A stretch of DNA of 64,000 nucleotides from Squalus acanthias (lineage: Eukaryota): NCBI GenBank assembly GCA_030390025.1, contig CM059431.1:149980001-150044000 (forward strand), in the 5' to 3' direction. This document shows positions 33,576 through 46,224 of this stretch, one piece after another. Made by a program: the position numbers and the translations under genes. Under the pieces are notes generated by a model. It worked only from the letters and a program-made list of their open reading frames with translations. It ran no database searches and was not told the origin of the DNA. Position 1 is the stretch's first letter. Every line of letters begins with the position of its first letter.

Positions 33576-36500
33576 ATTAGGAGTATGTTTGTGTGTGTGT
33601 GCTTGGCCGATGGAGCAGAGCATTGTCTCCAATCGTCTTGTATCCCCTTGCCATTGGACGAAGACATTGCTCTGTCATGCCCGTGTGCTAGCTGGTGTGC
33701 AACGGCCACCCCACGTTAAAAGAATTCACTCACAGGTATCTTCCACCCTTTAAAATGAAGTTCGGGACCTGGAACTTCAGGATCCTCATGGACAACTCCA
33801 ACAGTGACAAACCGGAACGCCATACTGCTATTGTTGCCTGGGAGCTCAGACGTTTCGACAATGACATCGCCACCCTAAGTGAGACCAAGCAGGCAGGGGA
33901 AGGCCAGCTCAAGGAGCAAGGCGTTGGCTACAACTTCTTCTGGAAAGACAAACCTGAAGACGGACGCCACCTCCATGGGATAGGCTTCGGCATAAAAAAA
34001 TGAACTAGTTGTGCGTCTCAGAGACTCCCCTTGCGGTATAAATGTGTGACTCATGTCTCTTCAGCTCAACCTAGCCCGGAACCACTGCGCTACGGTCATC
34101 AGTGCTTACACCACAACACTGGAAGTCACAGACGAGACAAAAGAGGAATTCTGCTCCAGCCTCAAACAATCCCTGTCCCGAGTCCCAACGGGCGAAAAGC
34201 AGGCTGGTGTCGGGAGCGACGAGACCGGAGGTCCGGCGAGTATTTGAACTCACTTTCGCGGGCTTTTCTTTCACAGGCTGGTGTCCGGAGCGACGAGACC
34301 GGAGGTCCAGTGAGTATTTGAACTCACTTTCGTGGGTTTTACTTTCACAGGCATAACAATCTCAGAATGGTGGCGGTGTTCCAGAGCGACGTCACGATTC
34401 AAAACGTGACGCAGGCAGATGGGAGCAGCTGATTGGTTGAGTACAGCTCGGGAAGTATTTATACTACTCTATAGTTTGACAGTTAAGGTTCATAGTTTGT
34501 AAAGTTTAGAAGGTCTTAATTTTGTGGATCTAGTTTCTAGTGCTAGTAACCATGCCCTTGAGTATAGCATTTAATTGAGTGCAACTTCTGGTATTGATTT
34601 GATTTAATTTAAGTTCATTTAATTAAAGGGTAAGTCCTGACAGGACAGCCCAGCCCCGTGCTATGCTCCTCCTGCTCGATGTGGGAAAGCAGGGACCCTT
34701 CCGGTGTCCCGGACAACCATGTGTGCGGGAAGTGTATCCAGCTGCAGCTACTGACAGACCGCATTGCGGCGCTGGAGCTGCAGATGGATGCGTATTAAGC
34801 ATTCGCGATGCTGAAAACCTCGTGGGTAGCACGTTGAGAGATTAGGTCACACCACAGGCAAAGGGAGCACAGGCAGAAAGTAAATGGATGACCACCAGGC
34901 TGAGTAAGAGGTGCAGGCAGGTAGTGCAGGGGTCCCCTGTGGACATCCCCCTCTCAAACAGATATACCACTTTGAATACTGTTGCGGGGGATGACTTATC
35001 AGGGGAAGGCAGCAGCAGCCAACTTCCTGGCACCATGGGTGGCTCTGCTGCACAGGCTGGGAGGAAAAAGAGTGGAAGAGCTTGAGTGATATGGGACTCA
35101 ATTGTAAGGGGAATAGATAGGCGTTTCTGCGGCCGCAACCGAGACTCCAGGATGGTGTGTTGACTTCCTGGTGCAAGGGTCAAGGACGTCTCGGAGCGGC
35201 TGCAGAACATTTTGGAGGGGGAGGGCGAAAAGCCAGCTGTCGTGGTGCACATAGGCACCAACGATTTTGGTAAAAAAGGGGATGAGGTCCTAAAAGCAGA
35301 ATAGAGGGAGTTTGGAGGTAAATTAAAACATAGGATCTCAAAGGTAGTAATCTCAGGATTGCTACCAGTGCCACGTGCTAGTCAGAGCAGAAATAGGAGG
35401 ATATTTGAAATTAATACGTGGCTAGAGGAATGGTGCAAGGGGGAGGGATTCAAATTCCTGGGACATTGGAACCGGTTCTGGGGGAGGTGGGACCAGTACA
35501 AACCGGATGGTCTGCACCTGGGCAGGGCCGGCACAGCTGTCCTAGTGGAAGGGTTTGCTAGTGCTATTGGGGAGGGTTTATACTAAAGTGGCAGGGGGTT
35601 GGGCACCTGAGTAGGGAGACAGCGAAAGCGTGTCAGGAAGGGACAGAAGGTATGGAGTAAAAGGTAAAGTGTTAAAAAAGGAAAAAGCAGGAACTAAGTG
35701 TCACAAAACATATTTGAAAGTTCTTTACCTGAATGCACGTAGCATTCGTAACAAAATAGATGAGTTAACGTCACAAATAACTACGTATGTGTATGATCTT
35801 GTGGCCATTACAGAAACATGGCTGCAGGGTGACAACGACTGGGAATTAAATATGCCAAGGTATTTAACAATCAGGAAGGACAGGCAGGAACGTAGGGGAG
35901 GTGGGGTGGCTATGTTAATAAAGGAAGGAATCACTGGAATACAGAGAAATTATATTGGGTCAAAGGATCAGGATAATGAAACAGTTTGGGTGGAGATAAG
36001 GAATGTTAAGGGGGAAAAAAACATTAGTGGGATTGGTATATTGGCCTCCTAATAGTTGCAACTCTGCTGGAAGAAGTATTAATTAGGAAATAGTTGGGGC
36101 ATTAAATAAGGGAACAGCTATAATTATGGGGGATTTTAAGTATCATATTAACTGGACAAATCAAATTGGGCAGGGCAGCCTTGAGGAAGAGTTTCTTGAG
36201 TGTATTAGGGATGGATTTCTAAAGCAGTATGTAACTAATCCTACAAGGGGGCAAGCAACCTTGGACCTGGTCCTGTGTAATGAGTCAGGATTAATTAATA
36301 ATGACCTAGTTAAGGATCCCCTTGGAATGAGAGATCATAACATGGTTGAATTCCATATCCATTTAGAGGGTGAGAAGGTTGGTTCTCAAACAAGCGTACT
36401 GAGCTTGAATAAAGGAGACTATGATGGTATGAGAGCGGAATTGATTAAAGTGGACTGGGAAACTAGATTAAAGGCTAAGACGGTACATGAGCAGTGGTGT

Positions 36501-39500
36501 TCATTTAAGGAGTTATTTTACAACTTCAAAAAAGTTATATTCCACTGAGGAAAAAAGGGTTTAAAAGAAATGACAGCCGTCCGTGGCTAAGTAAAGAAAT
36601 TAAGGATAGTATCCGACTAAAAACAAGGACGAATAAGGTAGCCAAACTTAGTGGGAGGATAGAAGATTGGGAAGTCTTCAGAAGACAGCAAAAAGTAATT
36701 AAAGGATTGATTAAGAAAGGGAAGATAGATTATGAAAATAAATTAGCAAAAAATATAAAATAAGATCGCAAGAGTTTCTATAATTATATAAAAAGAAAAA
36801 GGGTGGTTAAGGCAAACATAGTTCCCTTAGAGGATGAGACCGGGAAATTAATGGTGGGAAACATGGAGATGTCAAAAATGCTGAACAAATATTTTGTTTC
36901 AGACTTTACGGTAGTGGACACTAAGGATATCCCAACACTGGACAAACAGGGGACTCTAGGGGGGGAGGAGCTAAATACGATTAAAATCACTAAGAAATAG
37001 GTACTCAGTAAAATATTGGGACCCAAGGCGGATAAATCCCCTGGACCTGATGGCTTACATCCTAGGGTCTTGAGGGAAGTGACAGTCGGGATTGTGGATG
37101 CTTTGGTTATAATTATCCCAAATTGCCTGGACTCAGCAAAGGTCATGGCAGATTGGAAAACTGCTAATGTAACACCCTTATTTAAAAAGCGTAGTAGGCA
37201 GAAGGCTGGAAATTATAGACCAGTTAGCCTAACATCTGAGGTGGGAAAAATTTTGGAGTCTATTATTAAGGAGACAATAACGGAACATTTAGATAAACAT
37301 AATTTAATAGGACAAAGTCAGCATGGCTTTATGAAGGTGAAGTCATGTCTGACAAATTTGCTTGAGTTCTTTGAGGACATAACGTACAGGGTGGATAAAG
37401 GGGAACCAGTGGGCGTAGTGTATGTAGACTTCCAGAAGGCATTCGACAAGGTGCCACCTAAAAGATTATTGCTCAAGATAAAAAATCACTGGATTGGTGG
37501 TAAAATTCTGGCATGGGTAGAGGATTGCTAATCTTACAGGAAGCAGAGAGTTGGGATAAATGGTTCATTCTCGGACTGGCAACCAGTAGCCAGTGGTGTT
37601 CCGCAGGGGTCGGTGATGGGTCCCCAACTCTTTACAATCTATATTAACGATTTGGATGAGGGGACCGAGTGTAACATATCAAAGTTTGCAGATGATACAA
37701 AGATGGGAGGGATAGTAGAAAGTGAGGAGTACATAAAAATCCTACAAGGGGATATAGACAGGCTGGGTGAGTGGGCGGAGATTTGGCAGATGCAATACAA
37801 CATTGGAAAATGTGAGGTTATGCACTTTGGCAGGTAAAATCAGTGAGCAAGGTATTATCTTAATGGCGAGAAACTGGGAAGTACTGCAGTACAAAAAGAT
37901 CTGGGGTCCTAGTGCAAGAAAATCAAAAAGTTATTATGCAGGTGTAGCGTGTGATCAAGAAGGCCAACGGAATGTTGGCTTTTCTTGCTAGGGGGATAGA
38001 TTATAAAAACAGGGAGGTATTGCTGCAGTTATATAAGGTATTGGTGAGACCGCACCTGGAATACTGCATACATTTTTGGTGTCCATACTTAAGAAAAGAC
38101 ATACTTGTTCTCGAGCCAGTTCAAAGAAGGTTCACTCGGTTGAACCCAGGGATGAGGGGGTGGACATATGAGGAGAGGTTGAGTAGATTGGGACTCTACT
38201 CATTGGAGTTCAGAAGAATGAGAGGCAAATTTATTGAAACATATAAGATTGTGAAGGGGCTTGATCGGGTGGATGCGGTAAGGATGTTCCCAAGGATGGG
38301 TGAAACTAGAACTAGGGGGCATAATCTTAGAATAAGGGGCTGCTCTTTCAAAACTGAGATGAGGAGAAACTTCTTCACTCAGAGGGTAGTACGTCTGTGG
38401 AATTTGCTGCCCCAGGAAGCTGTGGATGCTACATCATTAAATAAATTTATAACAGAAATAGACAGTTTCCTGGAAGTAAAGGGATATAGGGGTTACGGGG
38501 AGCGGGCAGGAGGTTGGACATGAGGCTGAGTTCGGATCGGTCAAGGCCCTGTGGGTGTCGGAGCGGGACAAGGGGCTGAGTGGCCGGGTCCTGCTCCTAC
38601 TTCTTGTGTTCTTTAGATTTGAGGTTAGGATCAGATCAGTCATGATCTTATTGAATGGCGGAGCAGGCTCGAGGGGCCGATTGGCCTAATCCTGCCCCTA
38701 TTTCTTATTTTCTTATGTTAAATCCTCCTGGGCAACTTTAACGCCAGAGTTGGAAAGGACACAGTCCTCTCGGGAGGTGTGATCAGCAGAGAACGGGTAG
38801 GGAATGCCTCCTCCTGACGAAATTATTAGAACATGGGTTTGTCATAACCAACAACTTGTTCCCTCAGAGAGAAAAGTGCAAAGCTTCATGGCAGAGACCT
38901 CGCTCCAAGCATTGGCATCTGCTGGACTACATCATCCTCCGACCGAGCGACTGCAAGTATGTCCGCATCACCTGGGCCATGACAGGAACTCAAGATGCTG
39001 GACAGACCACCACTTAATCCGCTCTGTCATCTCCAACAATGTAGCACCAAAACAGCGGCTGCAACAGAAACAATGCCACAGGAAAATCAACGCTAGAGCA
39101 CTCTGAGACCCCGCTAAGAAAGCTCTATTCAGACTGCGCCTCACAAACAATCTGATGACTCCCAGTGATGCAGAGACACAGATTGTCCACAGCGCCTGGG
39201 CTGCACTCAAGGCCTCCATAATCAAGAACCTGTTTAGAGACTCTCGTCGCTCGAACAGGAAACACAAAGACTGGTTCGACGAGGACGGGCAAGTAGAGCC
39301 AGGAGCTAATAAGCTGCAAGTGCAAGGCATTCCTGAACTGGAAACAGCAACACAACTCGAGAGCAAGAAAGCAGCTCTACAAACGCCTGAATGCCGAGGT
39401 CCAACAAAAAACTCACGACCCAAAGAACAGATGGTGGGTGGAGAAAGTGCAGGAGATCCAGCAGCTCGCCGACAACCACAACATGCGTGGATTCTTTAGC

Positions 39501-41455
39501 GCTGTCAAGAGCACCGTCGGCCCAAGTACCCAAGGTCCTACCCCACTGTGGGCCAAGAACGGAGAGATACTCATCAAGGACAGAGAGGCAGTCAGTGGCC
39601 GCTGAAAGGAGCACTTCGAAGATCTCCTTAGCTGAGACTCTGTCTTCGACGTAAATTCCTCAACTCCATCCCGCAGCATGCTACTCGCCACCCCCTCAGC
39701 ACAACCCCATGAGGTAGAAAAGGCCATTCAACAACTGAAGACCAACAAGGCCTCAGGAGCAGATGGAATCATTGCAGAGGCGCTAAAACATGTCTGAGAA
39801 GCACTATTGGCACGAATACGTGAACTAATGTCTCTTATTTGGAAGGAGGAGAGCATGCCAGGGGATCTCAGAGACGCGGTAATCGTGACCACCATCTTAA
39901 AAGTTGACAAGTCCGATTGCGGCAATTACAGAGGACTCTCCCTGATGTCTGCCACAGGTAACGTCATCACAATAATCTTCCTCAATTGCCTTCTCCCAGT
40001 GACTGAAGAGATCCTCCCAGAGTCGCAATGCGGATTCCGCCCACTAAGGGGCCCAATAGACATGATCTTCACCGTGCGTCAACTACAAGAGAAAAGCAGG
40101 GAACAGAACCAACCCCTGTACATGTCCTTCCTTGACCTCAAAAACGCCTTTGACATCGTCAACCGTGAGGGATTATTGAATGTCCTTCCAACATCGGCTG
40201 CCCTCCAATGTTTATTACCAACCTCCGCCTGCTCCACGACGACATGCAAGCTGTGATCCTGACCAACGGATCCACCACAAACCAAATTCGCATACGGACC
40301 GGGGTCAAGCAAGGCTGTGCCATCAAACCAACGCTCTTCTCGAACTTCCTTGCTGCATTGCTCCATCTCACCCTCAGTAAACTCACCGCTGGAGTGGAGC
40401 TAATCTACAGCACAAACGGAACACTGTTCTTACTCTCTCGACTCCAGTCCGGATCCAAGGACGTCCTATCCACTTTCATCGAATTACAGAATGCAGACGA
40501 CGCTTGCGTCTGCTCACACTCTGAGGCCGAACTGCAATCCAAATTCAACACATTCACCGAAGCGTACGAGTGCATGGTGCTTACACTAAACATCCGTAAG
40601 ACAAAGGTCCTCCTCCAACCTACCCCCGCTACTCAGTACTGCCCCCCGAATATCAAAATCCACGACGAGGCCTTGGACAACCTGGACCAATTTGCATACC
40701 TCGGGAGCCTACTGTCAACAAGGACAGATGTCGATGACGGAGTCCAACACCACCTTCCGTGTGCCAGTGCAGCACTTGGACGCCTGAGGAAAAGAGTGTG
40801 TGAATGCCAGGACCTCAAATCCGGCACTAAGGTCATGGTTTACAGAACCTCTCCTGTATGCTTCAGAGACATGTACCATGTACAGCAGGCACTTCAAATC
40901 ATTGGAGAGGTACCACCAACGCTGCCTCTGCAAGATCCTGCCAATCCATAGAAGCCCCGACGTCAGTATTTTCGCTCAGGCCCACATCCCCAGCAACGAA
41001 GCTCTGACCACGCTCGAAGGACGGGTCACATCGTCCGCATGCTCGATACTAGACTCCCAAATCATGCGCTCTACTCGGAGCTCCGACACGGCAAGAGAGT
41101 CCCAGGTGGGCAGTGTACACGCTTATAGGACACCCTCAAAGCCTCCATGAAAAAATGCAACATCCCCACCGACACCTGGGAATCCCTGGCCCAAGACTGC
41201 ACAGAATGCAGGAGAGGCATCCGGGAAGGCGCCGACCCACTCAAATATCTTCGGCGGGAGCAAGCGGAAGCCAAACGCAAACAGCGAAATGAGCGCACCT
41301 CAACCCAAGAACCCCAACCACGCGCCCCTTCAAGCACGGTCTGCCCAACCTGTGACAGAGACTGTAGGTTATGCATTAGACTCATCAGTCACCTGATAAA
41401 TTATTTTTAGTGTGGAAGCAAGTCAAACTCGAATTCGAGGGACTGCCTAAGAGAT
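33576..41455 (+). mobile_element. RTE-clade LINE (decayed), interrupted by a full-length CR1 at 34199-38718
   Basis: MKFGTWNFRILMD...ELRRF..DIATLSET (APE N-terminus) at 33756; resumes ILLGNFNARVG at 38720; RT motifs LPESQCGFR, DLKNAFD, TGVKQGC, QNADD; C-terminal CPTC..C...H; gggactgcctaag tail. The 5'UTR probably extends left of the MITE. Confidence 0.92.
34199..38718 (+). mobile_element. Full-length CR1 LINE (5'UTR repeats, ORF1 zinc finger + SGNH esterase, ORF2 APE-RT), inactivated by stops
   Basis: CSSCSMW..CGKC, DSIVRG, VVVHIGTND, DGLHL; LYLNARSIRNK, AITETWL, DFQKAFDKVP, KFADDTK; ttcttatgtt tail. Confidence 0.96.
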
Positions 41456-41569
41456 AATAGAGTCTAGCATTTTCCCTACTGCTGAGATAAGGCTAACTGA
41501 TCTGTAGTTCCACGTTTTCTCTCTCCCTCCTTTCTTAAATAGTGGGGTTACATTTGCTCACTCTCTCTC

Positions 41570-42015
41570 GGACCCAGGGGTAAATGGAGAATGATCAGGA
41601 GCAGGAACCCTGGCTAATCGCCCCTCTCTCTAAACCAGGGGTCACTGGACAGGGCTCAGGAGCAGGAACTATGGCTCAACCCCAAGCTCTCAAACCCAGG
41701 GCACACTGAAAAGTGACTAGGAGCAGGAACACTGGCTCAGTCCCACCCTCCCAAACCCAGGCGTCACTGGAAAGTGATCAGGAGCAAGAACCCTGGCTGA
41801 TTTCAAATTTCAATAAACCAGGGCCCAGTGGACAGTGATCAGTTTCAGGAATCCTGGCTGATTTCGAATCTCTATTTTCCAGATGTCACTGGACAGTGAT
41901 TAGGAGCAAGAACCATGGCGGAATTCCACTCTCTATAAACCAATGCTCACTGGACAATGATCAGGCGCAGGAACCATAGCTTGTTTCACCTCAATCTAAA
42001 CCAGGGCTCACTGGG
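41570..42015. repeat. ~61-bp minisatellite (cactggacagtgatcaggagcaggaaccctggct...), ~7 copies
   Basis: cactggacag-like anchor at 41644, 41704, 41765, 41826, 41887, 41948, 42009. Confidence 0.88.
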
Positions 42016-42027
42016 CAGAAACATAGA

Positions 42028-42442
42028 TGCGGAGATGCCGGTGTTGGACTGGGGTGGACAAAATTGAGAGGTCGCACAACACCAGGTTATAGTCCAACAG
42101 TTTTATTTGAAATCACAAGCTTTCGGAGCTATCGATTTGCACCTTCCTCAGGTGAAGTAAATTAGATACAGAATCGCCAAAGCATATATAGATAGAAAAC
42201 AAAGCATGTGTACTTTACAATTGCAGACCAATAAATTAAATCATCCTGACTATCTGCCGAGGTGTGATAAAGTTAATTAAGTCAGCCAGGAAGGTACCAC
42301 ATCAAAGACATAGCAAGATACAACTGAGACAATGAGGTGTAGTCGCAGGGGTTCTAACGTGTCAAAAGCTGCCGTCTGTATGTAAAACGAAAAGCTTTAA
42401 CATTTTTTTACTTTTTTACTGGGAAAATTTTTACTTTTTTTA
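42028..42442 (-). mobile_element. Penelope-like terminal repeat fragment with a hammerhead motif
   Basis: Reverse complement matches the 3' end of the PLE at 61800-62119; flanked by cagaaacataga on both sides. Confidence 0.8.
42113..42155 (-). ncRNA. Minimal type I hammerhead ribozyme motif
   Basis: Reverse complement: tcac CTGAGGA aggtgc..gctcc GAAA gct t gtga; helix I tcac/gtga. Confidence 0.6.
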
Positions 42443-45400
42443 CAGAAACATAGAAACATAGAAACATAGAAGATAGGAGCAGGAGCAGGCCATTCTGCTC
42501 TCGAGCCTGCTCCGCCATTCAATGAGATCATGGCTGTTCAGCCAAATTCAGTACCCTGTCCCTGCCTTCTCACCATATCCCTTGATCCCTTTAGCTTTAA
42601 GAAATATATCTAACACCTTCTTAAATATATTTAATGAATTGGCCTCTGCTGCCTTCTGTGGTAGAGAATTCCACAGGTTCACCACTCTCTGGGTGAAGAA
42701 ATTCCTCCTCATCTCAGTCCTAAATGGCTTACCCCTTATCCTGAGACTGCGACCCCTGGTTCTGGACTCCCCGGTCATCGGGAACATCCTTCCTGCATCT
42801 AGTCTGTCTAGTCCTGTTAGAATTTTATAAGTTTAAAAGAGATCCCCTCTCATTCTTCAAAACTCCAGCGAGTATAAGCCCAATCGACCCAATCTCTCCT
42901 CATACGTTATTCCTGCCATCCTAGGTATCAGCTAGTTGAATCTTCGCTGCACTCCCTCCATGGCAAAACATCCTTCCTCAGATAAGGCGACCAAAACTGC
43001 ACACAATACTCAAGATGTAGTCTCACCAAGGCCCTGTACAACTGCAGCAATGCATCCTTGTTCCTGTACTCGAACCCTTTCGCTACGAAGACCAACATAC
43101 CATTTGCCTTCTTAACCGCCTGCTGCACCTGCATGCTTACCTTCAGCCACTGATGCACAAGGACACCCAGGTCTCGTTGCACTTCCCCTTCTCCCAATCT
43201 ATTGCCATTCAGATAATAATCTGCATTGCTGTTTTTGATACCAAAGTGGATAACCTCGCATTTATCCACATTATATTGCATCTGCCATGCTTCTGCCCAA
43301 TCACCCAACCTGTCCAAATCATACTGGAGTTTCTCGACATCCTACTCACGGCTCACACTCCAACCCAACTTTGTGTCGTCTGCAAACTTGGTGATATTAC
43401 ATCCAATTCCCTCGTCTAGATTATTAATATATATTGTGAAACGCTGGGGTCCTAGGACCGATCACTGCGGTATCCCACTAGTCACTGCCTGCTACTCGGA
43501 AAAAGACCCTTTTATTCCAACTCTGTGCTTACTGTCTGCCAAACAGTTCTCTATCCAAGTCAATACCTTGCCCCCAAACCCATGTGCCTTAACTTTACAC
43601 GCTAATCTCTTATGCGGGACGTTATCGAAAGCCTTCTGAAAGACCAAATACTTCACATCCACTGATTCTCCCTTATCTATTTTAACAGCTACATCCTCAA
43701 AAAATTCCAGTAGATTAGTGAAGCACCATTTACCTTTTGTAAATCCATGTTGACTTTGTCCAATCCTGTCACTGTTTTCTAAGTGCTCTGCTATTACATC
43801 TCTTATAATGGACTCTAGCATTTTCCCCACTACCGACTTCAGGCTTACCGGTCGATAATTCCCCGTTTTCTCTCGACGACCTTTTTTGAATAGTGGGGTA
43901 ACATTAGCTAACCTCCAATCCATGGGTACTGTTCCAGAATCTATTGAATTTTGGAAGATGACCAGCAATGCATCTACTATTTCTCGGGCCAATACCTTAA
44001 GTACCTTAGGATGTAGATTATCAGGCCCTGGGGATTTATCGGCCTTCAAACCTGTCAATTTCCCGAACACTATTTCCCTACAAATACTGATTTCTTTCAG
44101 TTCCTCCCTCTCATTAGACCCTATGTTCCCTGACATCTCTGGGAGGTTATTTGTGTCCTCCTTTGTGAAGACAGAACCAAAGTATGTAGTTAATTGGTAG
44201 GCCCTTTCTTTGTTCCCCATTATAAATTCCCCTGATTCTGACTGCAAGGGACCTACGCTTGACTTCACCAAACTTTTTCTCTTCACAAATCTTTAAAAAA
44301 ATTTACAGTCAGTTTTTTTGTTCCTTGCGTGCTTACTCTCATACTCTATTTTCCCCCTCTTAATTAATCCCTTTCTCATTCGTTGCTGAATCCTATACTG
44401 CTCCCAATCCTCAGGTTTGCTGCTTTTTCTGGCCAATTTATATGTCCTCTCGTTGGATCTTATGCTATCACTAATTTCCCTTGTTAGCCATTGTTGAGTC
44501 ACCTTTTTTTTATGCCAAACGGGTATGAACCAATTCTGTAGTTTATTCATGCGATCTTTGAATGTTTGCCATAGCCTATCCACCGTCAACGCTTTGAGTG
44601 ACATTCCCCAATCAATTCTACCCAACTCGCGCCTCATACCATCGTAGTTTCCTTTATTTAAATTCAGGACTCTAGTCTCTGAGTCAACTACTTCATCTCC
44701 ATCTTAATGAAGAATTCTATCATATTCTGATCGCTCCAATCCAAGCGGCCTCGCACAAAAAGATTGCTAATTAATCCTTTCTCATTACATAATACCCAAT
44801 CTAAGATGGCCTGATCTCTAGTTGGTTCCTCGACATTTTGATCCAGGAAACCATCCCGTATACACTCCAGGAATTCCTCCTCCACAGTATTGTTACAAAT
44901 TTGGTTAGCCCAAACTATAGGTGGATTAAAGTCGCCCATGATAACTGCTGTGCTCTTATTGCACGCTTCTCTAATTTTCCTTTTAATGCCATCCCCAACC
45001 TCCGTATTACTGTTTGGGGGTCTATACTCCACCAGCATTTACTGCCCCTTGGCATTTCTTAGTTCTACCCATACACATTCCACATCATCAGAGCTAAAAT
45101 CTTCCTTAATATTGAGTTAAGCTCCTCTTTAACCAGCAATGCTACCCCACCTCCTTTTCCTTTTTCTCTGTCCTTCCTGAATATTGAATACCCCTGGATG
45201 TTGAATTACCAGCCTTGGTCACCCTGGAGCCATGTCTACGTAATCCCAATTGTATCATATCTATTTACATCTATTTGCGCAGCTAATTCATCCACCTTAT
45301 TACGAATGCTCCTCGCATTAAGACACAAAGCCTTCATTCTTGTTTTTTTAACACTCTTAGTCCTTTTAGAATTATTATTTACTGTAGCCCTCTTTTATTT

Positions 45401-46131
45401 ACACCCCTGATTTCTGTGCCTTCCACTTTTGCTTTTCTGCTTCCTGTCGTTTGCTTCTATCCTTGCTTCCCTTTCCTCTTCTCCCTGCACAGGAGCTCAA
45501 CACCCTGCCATTTTACATTAAACCCTCCCCAACAGCACTAACAAACACTCCCATTAGGAGATCGATCCCGGTCCTGCCCAGGTGCAAACCCTCCAGTGTG
45601 TACTGGTCCCACCTCCCCCAGAACCAGTTCCAATGTCCTAGGAATTTGAATCCCGCAACCTTGCAGCATTCCTCTAGACACGTATTCATCTGAAATATCC
45701 TTCTATTTCTACTCTGACTAGCACGTGGCACCGGTAGCAATCCTGAGATTACTACCTTTGAGGTCCTATTTTTTAATTTACCTCCTAACTCCCTATATTC
45801 AACTTTTAGGACCTCATCCCGTTTTTTCCCTAAAGCGTTGGTACCTATATGCACCACGACAACAGGCTGTTCACCCTCCCCCTCCAGAATGGGCTGCAGC
45901 CGCTCCGAGACATCCTTGAGCCTTGCACCAGGGAGGCAACATACCACCCTGGAGTCTCGTTTGCAGACGCAGAAACCCGTATCTATTCCCCTTACAATAG
46001 AATTCCCTATCGCTATAGCTCTCCCGCTTTTTTTTCTCCCGTCCTGTGCAGCAGAACCACCCATGGTGCCAGCAAGTTGCTTGCTGCTGCCTTCGCCCGA
46101 TAAGCCATCTCCCTCAACAATATCCAAAGTG

Positions 46132-46224
46132 TGAGAAGTCGCACAACACCAGGTTATAGTCCAACAGCTTTATTTGAAATCACAAGCTTTCAGAGCGCTG
46201 CTCCTTCGTCAGGTGCAGTGATAC
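46132..46224 (-). mobile_element. 93-bp Penelope terminal-repeat insertion with a 10-bp TSD
   Basis: atccaaagtg at 46122-46131 and 46225-46234; the insert matches the reverse complement of about 61998-62082. Confidence 0.85.
46180..46216 (-). ncRNA. Minimal type I hammerhead ribozyme motif
   Basis: Reverse complement: cac CTGACGA a ggagc agc gctct GAAA gct t gtg. Confidence 0.7.
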
